Source: Fibrobacteria bacterium (lineage in GTDB: Bacteria > Fibrobacterota > Fibrobacteria > UBA11236 > JADFYW01). From it: a stretch of 64,000 bases of DNA. Position numbers and translations under genes: made by a program. Below are positions 37,989-46,720 of this stretch, piece after piece (the stretch's first letter is position 1; every line of letters begins with the position of its first letter). Location: positions 130,628-194,627 of the forward strand of contig JBNKOC010000025.1 of the NCBI GenBank assembly GCA_050294405.1, written 5' to 3'. The notes under the pieces are model-generated. The model did no database searches, was not told the DNA's origin, and was given only the letters and a program-made list of their open reading frames with translations.

Positions 37989-38023
37989 CTTTTTGAGAAA
38001 TTGGACTTTTGAGTCGGGAAAAC

Positions 38024-38055
38024 AAAAAAAGCTCCACATAAAAGTGGAGCTTTTT
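38024..38055 (-). terminator. Rho-independent terminator after degP (symmetric A/T tracts)
   Basis: AAAAAAAGCTCCAC-ATAAAA-GTGGAGCTTTTT. Confidence 0.85.
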
Positions 38056-38077
38056 AAGAACGATTAAACTTTGGGGA

Positions 38078-39601
38078 CTATTCTTTTTTTGCCTTTAGTC
38101 CTATGAGTTGGTTTTTTCCTTTGCTCAAAACATAAAAGGCAATGCTTTCCTCAGGTTTTAACTTTTTAATGATTTCCATGAGTTTTTTACCGTCATTCAC
38201 TTCTAAAAAGTTTTTATCAGAAGCCCGTTTTACTTTGTAAATAACATCACCACGGGAAAGCCCATTTGCCAATTTGGAGTTTGTGATCTCTGTGACAACC
38301 ACTCCTTTTGTATTTTTTTCCAATTTCCAGGAGCTGGCCGTTTTTTTATTCAAAGTTTCGAAATTAAATCCCAGTTTAGCTGCGGCAAATTCATCTTCGG
38401 ACTTTTCTCCACTTTGTTCGTGGGAATCTTCGTCGGCATCGTATTCCCCATCCCGGGAACCCAGGGTTACTTTTAGTGATTTTTTGCTCCCTTCCCGCAA
38501 TACTTCAAAATGGTAACTTTTTCTGGGAGACAGTTCTGCCACCACGTTTCGCAAATGGGATGCGTCTTCAATTTCGTGATCTCCCGCTTTTAAAATAATG
38601 TCGCTTCTTTTAAAACCCGCTTTGGATGCTGGTCCGCCTTCTATAACACTGTCAATTTTACATCCCACATTGGGGGGGATTCCCAAGGCCAGGGCCAGCT
38701 CTGGAGGCACATCGGAAATACTCACACCTAAAAATCCGCGGATAACCTTGCCCTCGTAAATTAAATCTTCCACAACTTTTTTTGCCATACGGATGGGGAT
38801 AGTAAAGCTAAGCCCCTGATAGCCTCCTGACTGGGAAACAATTAGGGTGTTGATACCCACGACTTCCCCTTTCAGGTTTACCAAAGGTCCGCCGGAATTT
38901 CCCGGGTTTACAGCTGCATCTGTTTGGATGAAATTTTGATAAACATCACGACCCCGGCTAAACTTTTTTCTTCTGCCTTTAGCGGACACAATTCCTGTGG
39001 TTACGGTGTTTTCATAGCCAAAGGGATTACCTAAGGCCAGCACCCATTCTCCAATTTTAAGGCCATCGCTGTCTCCAAAAGTAAGAACCGTTAGTTTTTC
39101 TTTTTTAGGAGATATTTTTAAAACAGCCACATCAGTTTTATCGTCACTGCCGATAATTTCCGCTTCGTATACATTCTTGTTCTCAAGGGTTACTTCAACA
39201 CGGCTGGCATTTTGAATAACATGGTTGTTGGTAATAATGTATCCATCTTCAGATACAATAAAGCCAGAGCCCATTCCCAAAGGGATTTCCTTTTCTTCCT
39301 GCGGCTTTTCCCGATGGTAGTCGTCATAAGGCACGCCGAAGAAATACTCCCATAGTTTTTGGTTTTGGGAGTAAACATTCTGCTGGCCAAAGGTGTTTAC
39401 GCTGACCACTGCCGGGGCGACGTGGTCTACCACTTCAGTGAAGGCTTGATTTAATTTGGAAGGGTCTACACCCTTGCTGGAAAGAGCTTTGCCTTCACCT
39501 AAATGGACTGAGCCCCGCTTGGGCCGTTTGTCTTCTTTGCCTTGTACGGTCCACAAAAAGGTTAAAATTATCAGAAAAACGAGTTTTGATAGTTTTGCCA
39601 T
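38078..39601 (-). CDS. degP: Do/HtrA family periplasmic serine endopeptidase with two PDZ domains
   Basis: Signal peptide, GSGF, TNNHV, TDVAV, QTDAAVNPGNSGG and RGFLGV motifs. Confidence 0.92.
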   Translation of the reverse strand: MAKLSKLVFLIILTFLWTVQGKEDKRPKRGSVHLGEGKALSSKGVDPSKLNQAFTEVVDHVAPAVVSVNTFGQQNVYSQNQKLWEYFFGVPYDDYHREKPQEEKEIPLGMGSGFIVSEDGYIITNNHVIQNASRVEVTLENKNVYEAEIIGSDDKTDVAVLKISPKKEKLTVLTFGDSDGLKIGEWVLALGNPFGYENTVTTGIVSAKGRRKKFSRGRDVYQNFIQTDAAVNPGNSGGPLVNLKGEVVGINTLIVSQSGGYQGLSFTIPIRMAKKVVEDLIYEGKVIRGFLGVSISDVPPELALALGIPPNVGCKIDSVIEGGPASKAGFKRSDIILKAGDHEIEDASHLRNVVAELSPRKSYHFEVLREGSKKSLKVTLGSRDGEYDADEDSHEQSGEKSEDEFAAAKLGFNFETLNKKTASSWKLEKNTKGVVVTEITNSKLANGLSRGDVIYKVKRASDKNFLEVNDGKKLMEIIKKLKPEESIAFYVLSKGKNQLIGLKAKKE

Positions 39602-39752
39602 GGATAGTCCTCTTAGCTGTTAATTCTGCTTGAAACAGCCCTGACAAGGTATCTTGCCCTGGGCCAAATGCCTTAAAATCGCAAATTAATTTAAGTATTT
39701 GGGGTAAAAAATCCATAGTCTGCAAAGTATCATTACACTTTTGTGACGCTTG

Positions 39753-39768
39753 TGGTACAATAGTAGCA
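39753..39768 (+). promoter_or_regulatory. Candidate promoter (sigma54-like TGGTAC-N5-TAGC overlapping an extended -10 TG-G-TACAAT)
   Basis: TGGTACAATAGTAGCA has exact GG-N10-GC spacing and lies about 90 nt upstream of the radical SAM gene. Confidence 0.35.
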
Positions 39769-39856
39769 AGGGTGTTACTTTGCATTGTTTGCGTTAATTT
39801 GTAGCTTGTGTTTACCACTAAGGGAATAGCCGTCTGGTTTATTAGAGGGGAAATTT

Positions 39857-41503
39857 TTGAAAGTATTGTTTTTAAACCCACCGTACTTTTCCATGTACTC
39901 GAGAGAATCTCGAAGTCCGTGTGTTACAAAGTCCAGCACTCTGTACTGGCCCATGTTTATGGCTTACGCTGCCGGAAGTGTTGAAGAAGACAACAACGAA
40001 CTCATGTTGCTGGATGCTCCGGCCATGGATTTGGATTTACACGCTACTTTGGAAAAAATCAAAGACTTCAAACCCGAAGCTGTTGTATTAAATACCTCTA
40101 CTCCTTCCATAAATAACGATATGAGGGTGGCTAGCCAAATTAAGAAAACTGTAAACTGCAAAGTGGCCATGATGGGAACCCATGCCACTGCTATGCCGGA
40201 AGATATTCTTCATAAAGAAGAAGCTGTAGACTATGTGATAATGGGCGAAGCGGATTATACTGCCCGAGAACTTGTTCGCCACTTGCGCGGAGATGGCCCT
40301 AAAGACCCTTCCGAAGTTTTAGGTATTTGTTACCGCACGGGAGATGAGGTTAAGCGCAACGAAGAGCGTCCTAAAATTGAAAATCTGGATGAGCTCCCCT
40401 GGGTGAGCAAAGTTTATCACAAACATTTATATTCCTGTTACAAACGTTATTTTTATGGCGCTAATTTAAACCCCCTAATTGTGATTCTCTCCGGCAGGGG
40501 ATGTCCTTTCCGCTGTACTTATTGCGTATTTCCTCAAACCTTAACGGGCCATACTTACCGAACCCGCAGCATTAAAGATGTGGTGGATGAGATGGAATGG
40601 ATTTACGATAATTTTGAAGAGGTGGGAGAAATCTTTTTTGAGGATGACACTTTTACCGCATCTCCCAAACGTACTGTGGAACTTTGCGAGGAAATGATAC
40701 GCCGCAACCGGGACTTTACCTGGTCCGCCAATGCCCGGGACGATGTGAAATACGATGTCTTAAAAGTAATGAAAGAATCTGGCTGTCGTGAGCTTTGCGT
40801 GGGCTTCGAATCGGCTTCCAACGCTGTTTTAAAACAGGTGAAAAAAGGTTCTGTAATGGAAAATGCCCGTAAGTTTATGAAGAATGCTAATAAAGCGGGC
40901 GTTATTATTCACGGATGTTTTATGGTGGGAAATTCCGGGGACACTAAAGAAACCCTGGAGCAAACACTGGAAATGGCGAAGGATTTGAACCCCTTGACAG
41001 CCCAGTTTTATCCCATTATGGCTTATCCGGGTACCGAGGCTTATGAAGAAGCCAAAAAAAGCGGTGAATTGGCTTCCGATAATTTTGACAAGTGGCTCGA
41101 TAAAGATGGACACCACAACACCACCGTTATCCGCAAGGGCCTGACTTCTCAGGAATTGGTGGATTTTTGTGATCGTTCCCGCAGAGAGTTTTACTTGAGA
41201 CCCAAATACATTATAAATGCCATTTACATGTCTTTGCTCAATCGCAAAGAGCGTTACCGAATTTTCCGTGGTTTTAAAACCTTGGCCACCCATCTTTTCC
41301 GTCCCCATGGAAAAGCGCAGCCCACCATTGATCCCAAATACAATAAGAAAAATGGCAACGGGAAGCAGCTAAATGGGAACCACGAAAAAAATGGAAACGG
41401 TCATAAAAATGGCTACGGCCATATTAACGCTCCCAGTGTAAATGGGAAAAAGCTCAGCAGCGATTACCAGCCTGAGCTTGACACCACCTCAAAATCCCAG
41501 TAA
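39857..41503 (+). CDS. B12-binding radical SAM protein (HpnJ-like)
   Basis: N-terminal cobalamin-binding domain, GRGCPFRCTYC, FEDDTF, VGFES and YPGT motifs. AGAGGGG RBS before TTG. Confidence 0.85.
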   Translation: MKVLFLNPPYFSMYSRESRSPCVTKSSTLYWPMFMAYAAGSVEEDNNELMLLDAPAMDLDLHATLEKIKDFKPEAVVLNTSTPSINNDMRVASQIKKTVNCKVAMMGTHATAMPEDILHKEEAVDYVIMGEADYTARELVRHLRGDGPKDPSEVLGICYRTGDEVKRNEERPKIENLDELPWVSKVYHKHLYSCYKRYFYGANLNPLIVILSGRGCPFRCTYCVFPQTLTGHTYRTRSIKDVVDEMEWIYDNFEEVGEIFFEDDTFTASPKRTVELCEEMIRRNRDFTWSANARDDVKYDVLKVMKESGCRELCVGFESASNAVLKQVKKGSVMENARKFMKNANKAGVIIHGCFMVGNSGDTKETLEQTLEMAKDLNPLTAQFYPIMAYPGTEAYEEAKKSGELASDNFDKWLDKDGHHNTTVIRKGLTSQELVDFCDRSRREFYLRPKYIINAIYMSLLNRKERYRIFRGFKTLATHLFRPHGKAQPTIDPKYNKKNGNGKQLNGNHEKNGNGHKNGYGHINAPSVNGKKLSSDYQPELDTTSKSQ

Positions 41504-41505
41504 CC

Positions 41506-42165
41506 GTGTATAAAATCGCTTTTTTTGTATCGGGTAGAGGTACAAACATGGAAGCTGTTTTATCCCATATAGAAAATGGAGATATTCCTGCTGAGGTTGA
41601 ATTTGTATTGTCCAACAACAGCAAAGCTGTGGCTTTGGAAACCGCTCACAACAAAAAAATTCCCGTCTATCACATAAGCTCAAAAACGGAAGGAAGCCAG
41701 AAAGCCTGCGAGGAGAAAATTTTAGCTTTGGTTCGAGATCACAAATTGGACCTGGTGATTTTAGCGGGGTATATGAAAAAAATTCCTCCTCAATTGGTGG
41801 AAATAATGCCCCATAAAATAGTGAATATCCATCCGGCTTTACTTCCTGCTTTTGGGGGAGATGGTTGGTATGGGCATTATATCCACGAAGGCGTTTTAAA
41901 ACGGGGTTGCCAGTTTACGGGTATTACCATACATACTGTAAACGAACATTACGATGAGGGAAAAATTATCTGGCAGCGTGTTTTAGGGGTAAAGCCCGAG
42001 GACAATGCCGAAAGCCTGGCTAAAAGGGTTTTGAAACTGGAACACGATTCTTTATGGAGGGTTGTGGATGCCTTTGCCAGGGGCCAATTAAAAAGTGAAG
42101 GGCCTAACCTTGCAGGTGTGGATAGTTTTTTACATTCACAAGTAAATGCCACAGTGGATTTCTAA
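41506..42165 (+). CDS. purN: Phosphoribosylglycinamide formyltransferase
   Basis: SGRGTN, LAGYM, NIHPALLP, YDEG and LEH motifs. Confidence 0.93.
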   Translation: MYKIAFFVSGRGTNMEAVLSHIENGDIPAEVEFVLSNNSKAVALETAHNKKIPVYHISSKTEGSQKACEEKILALVRDHKLDLVILAGYMKKIPPQLVEIMPHKIVNIHPALLPAFGGDGWYGHYIHEGVLKRGCQFTGITIHTVNEHYDEGKIIWQRVLGVKPEDNAESLAKRVLKLEHDSLWRVVDAFARGQLKSEGPNLAGVDSFLHSQVNATVDF

Positions 42166-42188
42166 GAAACTTTCTCTTTCAATTAAAA

Positions 42189-42842
42189 TTGGATGTTGCT
42201 CCTAAAATGCTTAGCCCGGAATTAATGATGCTGTGGGAGCACGATAGAGAATTGGCTAAAGACAATGTTTTAGTGGCTGGTGTGGATGAAGTGGGACGTG
42301 GCCCCTTAGCGGGAAATGTGGTGGCCAGTTGCGTTATCTTAAATTTGCCAGAGGCCAATTTACCCCTGAACGATTCCAAAAAAATATCTGAAAAAAAAAG
42401 AGAAGCCTTGTTTCCCCAAATTAAAAATTCCTGCTTGCATTTTGGCATTGGGGAATGCAGCCCAGAGGAGATTGACGAAATAAATATTCTTCAGGCCAGC
42501 TTTTTGGCCATGAAAAGAGCGGTGGCCCAGATAAAAGTTCCCATTGGCTTATTGCTGGTGGATGGCAACAAAATTATCCCGGGCTTGCCGATAAAACAAA
42601 TGTCGCTGGTCAAAGGGGATGGAAAGTCCGCGAGTATTGCCGCAGCTTCCATCCTGGCAAAGGTAACCCGCGACAAGCAAATGGAAGAGCTCCATCAACA
42701 ATACCCCCAATACGATTTTCAAAATAACAAAGGTTACGGGAGTAAAAAGCATATTAAGGCTTTGGAAGAGTTTGGCTTTACTCCCTATCACAGAAAAACT
42801 TTTAAGCCCAAGGCGCTTTTGCAAACAAATCTTTTTGCCTGA
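42189..42842 (+). CDS. rnhB: Ribonuclease HII
   Basis: AGVDEVGRGPLAG, DSKK, NILQAS, KGD..SASIAAASILAKVTRD and NKGYG motifs. Start may be ATG 42207. Confidence 0.95.
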   Translation: MDVAPKMLSPELMMLWEHDRELAKDNVLVAGVDEVGRGPLAGNVVASCVILNLPEANLPLNDSKKISEKKREALFPQIKNSCLHFGIGECSPEEIDEINILQASFLAMKRAVAQIKVPIGLLLVDGNKIIPGLPIKQMSLVKGDGKSASIAAASILAKVTRDKQMEELHQQYPQYDFQNNKGYGSKKHIKALEEFGFTPYHRKTFKPKALLQTNLFA

Positions 42843-42923
42843 TTTTAATAGCGGCAACAGATTTTTCTGGTGCTGGGGCTTTGGATAAAATATCATAGGT
42901 AAGTTGAATTTTTACCGAATTTC

Positions 42924-43877
42924 ATGAAGTTTTTAAAAGCCAGTATCAAACCCCTTATTGGAATCGCCATTATTGTGGCGCTGGTGAAATACGGGGGAAT
43001 TGAACCAAAACTTATTTTAAGAGCGCTTAAAGAAAATGGCCATTTTGTGGCTATGGGAATTTTTCTGTATTTGTTTTTAGTATGTGTGGCCGGATACCGC
43101 TGGTATGTATTGCTTCGAACGGTAAAAATTAATTTAAATTTTAAAACCGTTTTTAGCCTGCATATGATTGGGCTTTTTTTTGTGACCATCTTGCCTGGAG
43201 GCACAGGGGGCGATGTGGTGAAGGGCTTTTATTTGTACCGCAGCTCTCCCGAAAAAAAAGGGTTGTCTGTGGCTACCATTGTGATGGACAGAGTGGTGGG
43301 CTTTTATACGCTTTTGTCCTGGGGAATGTTGGGTATGTTGCTCAATGCCAAAATGGCTTTTTCCCATCCCATGTTGCGATTAAATGCTTTGTTTTATTTG
43401 GGTTGCTTTATTGGAGCCACAGTGGTGATCCTCGTGTTTTTTTCTCCCTTTGGGGGAAGCGCCCTGGCCTGGATTTCTCAGAAGAAATTACCCGGTGAAA
43501 AGATTTTACGCAGTGTTTTTGAAGCTGCTGTGGAATTCAGACAATATCCCAAAATATTGGCCTATGCCTTTTTTTTAACCCTGGTGGTTCACGGTAGTAT
43601 TCTGCTTACTTTTTACGCCAGCGCCAGAGCACTTGGTGTGGACATGACAGTTATTGAACATTCTTTCATTGTTCCTGTTTTAACCATGATTAACGGACTT
43701 CCTGTGTCTCCAGGTGGGCTTGGAGTGGGAGAAGCCGCCGCAGGAGCTTTATACCAACTGGTGGGAGTCAAAGAAGGAGCTGAAATTTTAATCCTTTTTC
43801 ACTTTTATGTGTTAATATCAGCAATGGCGGGAGCGCCCTTTTACTTTTTTTATAAAAAAGGAAAAGAGGATGCATAA
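42924..43877 (+). CDS. Lysylphosphatidylglycerol synthase TM-like (UPF0104, flippase-like) membrane protein
   Basis: RW..LL, LPGGTGGDVVK, MDRVVG and LPVSPGGLGVGE motifs. Confidence 0.85.
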   Translation: MKFLKASIKPLIGIAIIVALVKYGGIEPKLILRALKENGHFVAMGIFLYLFLVCVAGYRWYVLLRTVKINLNFKTVFSLHMIGLFFVTILPGGTGGDVVKGFYLYRSSPEKKGLSVATIVMDRVVGFYTLLSWGMLGMLLNAKMAFSHPMLRLNALFYLGCFIGATVVILVFFSPFGGSALAWISQKKLPGEKILRSVFEAAVEFRQYPKILAYAFFLTLVVHGSILLTFYASARALGVDMTVIEHSFIVPVLTMINGLPVSPGGLGVGEAAAGALYQLVGVKEGAEILILFHFYVLISAMAGAPFYFFYKKGKEDA

Positions 43878-43968
43878 CAGTTCGAAAAAAATGGTTTTTA
43901 TGTGCCGGGCTTTATAATTTCTTTAACGGAATACACCCCAACCTTGGACGGGAAGGAATAATAATCCA

Positions 43969-45540
43969 ATGAACAATCTCAAAATTTTTTTTCTGGTTTT
44001 GTTTTTTTCAGCTCTCGCCGTTTCCCCCATGGCGACAGAGCTTTTGGCAGCCGCTTCCGGGGATGAAAGTGCCCAGCATTCGGGTTCCGAAATGCTGGAT
44101 TCACATGGGGAAAATTCTGAAAGTCATGGTTCTACCGGACATGTGCAGGAGGGCCATGGAGATTCTCATGGCGGGCATCATGGGGTTCATTTAGATGGCT
44201 CCCAGGTTTCTATTTTTTGGATTTTACCTTTTGTAGGTATTCTTCTTTCCATAGCCATATTGCCCTTGGTGGCTTCTCATTTTTGGCACCACAATTACGG
44301 AAAAGTTTCCATTTTCTGGTGGCTGGCCTTTATGATCCCCTTTGTGTTGGTGTACGGCTTTAACATGGGCCTCTTTTATATTCTTGAAGTGTATTTGGGA
44401 GAGTTTATCCCTTTTATCATATTGCTCTTGGCTTTGTTTACCATTGCTGGTGGGGTTCGCCTTAAAGGAAGCCTGGCGGGCTCTCCTAAAGTCAATACCA
44501 TAATACTGCTTATTGGAACCGTTCTGGCTTCCTGGATGGGAACCACGGGAGCGGCTATGTTATTGATTCGCCCTTTGATAAGGGCTAATGCCTGGAGAAA
44601 AAATCAGGTGCATTCCATTGTTTTCTTTATTTTTCTGGTGGCCAATATTGGTGGTTCTTTGACACCTCTGGGCGATCCTCCGCTGTTTTTGGGCTTTTTA
44701 AAAGGGGTATCTTTCTTTTGGACCACCACTCATTTGTTTATGGAAATGTTAGTAGTTTCCATAATATTGCTGGTTATTTATTACTTTTTGGACAGTTACT
44801 TATACAAAAAAGAAACAGCAAGTCCTCCTCCACATACCGGAGAAAAAATATCGCTGGAAGGAAAAGGCAACTTATTATTGCTGTTGGGAGTTGTTTTCGC
44901 GGTAGTTATTTCGGGAATCTGGAAATCCAAAATTGACAACCCTGAACATGTGCTAATATCGGCTTTTCACACTGGCCTTATGACTAAGGGCGTCTTTTTA
45001 CAAATAAGCATTTTATTGGTTTTAACTTTTATCTCCATTAAAATCACTTCTAAAGAAACCCGCGATGGAAACGGATTTACCTGGGAGCCCATTTTGGAAG
45101 TGGCTAAGTTGTTTGCCACTATTTTTATTACCATGGTGCCTGCCATTGCCATTTTAAAAGCGGGAACTCATGGAGCTTTAGCTCCAGTTATCAACAGCGT
45201 CTCAAACGAGGCCGGTCCCATTAATTATATGTTCTTTTGGGCTACCGGGCTTTTATCTGCCTTTTTGGATAACGCACCCACTTATGTGGTTTTCTTTAAT
45301 ACTGCGGGGGGTGACGCCCAGGTTTTGATGAACGAGCAAGCCTTGACTTTGGTGGCTATTTCCTGTGGTGCTGTATTTATGGGCGCCCTGAGTTACATAG
45401 GCAATGCGCCCAATTTTATGGTGAAGTCCATTGCTGAAGAAAATAAAATCAAAATGCCAAGCTTTTTCGGCTACATGGCCTGGTCTTTTGGCATTTTGGT
45501 GCCGTTGTTTTTCTTACTTACCTTTGTTTTCTTTAAGTAG
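43969..45540 (+). CDS. Putative sodium:proton antiporter / IT-superfamily transporter with His-rich N-terminal extension
   Basis: GTTGAAMLLIRP, NIGGSLTPLGDPPLFLG, FLDNAPTY and YIGNAPNFMVK motifs. Confidence 0.8.
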   Translation: MNNLKIFFLVLFFSALAVSPMATELLAAASGDESAQHSGSEMLDSHGENSESHGSTGHVQEGHGDSHGGHHGVHLDGSQVSIFWILPFVGILLSIAILPLVASHFWHHNYGKVSIFWWLAFMIPFVLVYGFNMGLFYILEVYLGEFIPFIILLLALFTIAGGVRLKGSLAGSPKVNTIILLIGTVLASWMGTTGAAMLLIRPLIRANAWRKNQVHSIVFFIFLVANIGGSLTPLGDPPLFLGFLKGVSFFWTTTHLFMEMLVVSIILLVIYYFLDSYLYKKETASPPPHTGEKISLEGKGNLLLLLGVVFAVVISGIWKSKIDNPEHVLISAFHTGLMTKGVFLQISILLVLTFISIKITSKETRDGNGFTWEPILEVAKLFATIFITMVPAIAILKAGTHGALAPVINSVSNEAGPINYMFFWATGLLSAFLDNAPTYVVFFNTAGGDAQVLMNEQALTLVAISCGAVFMGALSYIGNAPNFMVKSIAEENKIKMPSFFGYMAWSFGILVPLFFLLTFVFFK

Positions 45541-45823
45541 AAGCTTTTTGCCAAACGCAAAAAATAAAAATGGCCATGTTTATTAAAAATAATATGGCAT
45601 TAAAAAGCCCCATGAGCGAAGTACTCAGGGCTTTTCCTTTTTCTGCTGAAAAAATTTTAAAGCCAAAGTAAAGCCCGCAAATTCCGTTTAAAAGACTTCC
45701 CAGACTGCTGAAGATAAGCACGGCCTGATCCTGCCATAGATTAATGTTAAACCAATATATGCCAAGGCTCGCCAGGGTAACAAAAAAGCATACCAGAGAG
45801 ATGATAATTTTAGTAACAGGCAT
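45533..45823 (-). CDS. Small three-TM hypothetical membrane protein
   Basis: Starts 3 nt after the radical SAM stop, has three hydrophobic segments and fills the gap. Confidence 0.6.
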   Translation of the reverse strand: MPVTKIIISLVCFFVTLASLGIYWFNINLWQDQAVLIFSSLGSLLNGICGLYFGFKIFSAEKGKALSTSLMGLFNAILFLINMAIFIFCVWQKAST

Positions 45824-45826
45824 TTA

Positions 45827-46684
45827 TTATGAGTATACCTTGGCTTTTAGCTTGCAGTCAATTAAAACCCTTTGGGCAACAGCCTCCAATTGAACTAAAT
45901 CCAGCGCCGTACAATTGCTTTGAGATGGCTTTCTGGCAATGCTATGGAATTGGACTTCTTTAATTGTGACTCCTGCTTTTTTTATTTCCTGAAGACGGGA
46001 TACATATTGGTTTAGTTCTTCCTCAGAGGGGCCCGTGCCATCTATTTTAAAAAACAGGGTTTGGATGGTAATGGGAAATTTTTGCCCCAGGTGGATAATA
46101 TTTTCGACTATTGTCTTAAGGGATACTTTAGAAACATTTACCTTTTGGTAATAGCCTTCTGTTCCCGCATCCAGCTTAACCCATACATCGCCATTTTTAT
46201 TTGAGAGAAGAGCTACTCCTTCCTGTACGGATTTTTTCCGGAGCAAAGTTCCGTTGGTAATTAGAACGGTCTTAAAAGGAATGTTCGATGTTTCCTGAAT
46301 TTTAGCTAATAATTTACATACATCTAAAAATTCAGGGGCCATGGTGGGCTCCCCATCTCCGCTCAAGGCGATGTCTTTTAAAATTTTATTTTGGGGAGCA
46401 ATATCCCGGTACTTTTCCAGCATACAAACGCCCTTTGCATTCAGGGTATTGAGAATGTTTTCTAATTCCATTTGTAGCTGGGAAAGCTCTACTTTAATGC
46501 GCTTTGGCATATGGCTTCTGTCCACCTGGCAATAGGGACAATCAAAGTTGCAGTTTTTGTCGGGGTTTAAGTTAATGCCGATGGATAAACCTCCCGAGCG
46601 CCTGGAAATAACAGGGTACACGTATTTGAAACCAGAAAATTGGCGGGGGTGGTGGGATTGGGCCTTTTTAAGAGGGCTGTTCAT
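45827..46684 (-). CDS. Radical SAM protein (Tyw1-like/COG0731 type)
   Basis: YVYPVISRRSGGLSIGINL, CNFDCPYC, SGDGEPT, ITNG and KLDAG motifs. Confidence 0.82.
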   Translation of the reverse strand: MNSPLKKAQSHHPRQFSGFKYVYPVISRRSGGLSIGINLNPDKNCNFDCPYCQVDRSHMPKRIKVELSQLQMELENILNTLNAKGVCMLEKYRDIAPQNKILKDIALSGDGEPTMAPEFLDVCKLLAKIQETSNIPFKTVLITNGTLLRKKSVQEGVALLSNKNGDVWVKLDAGTEGYYQKVNVSKVSLKTIVENIIHLGQKFPITIQTLFFKIDGTGPSEEELNQYVSRLQEIKKAGVTIKEVQFHSIARKPSQSNCTALDLVQLEAVAQRVLIDCKLKAKVYS

Positions 46685-46720
46685 TGTGTCCTAAACTTGA
46701 GATGTATATATTGTTTTTCA

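Noticed and set aside
43878..43968. Possible Na+/Li+ riboswitch before the antiporter-like gene
   Set aside because: The leader is short and I recognise no consensus or stable structure. An Infernal/Rfam scan would be needed.
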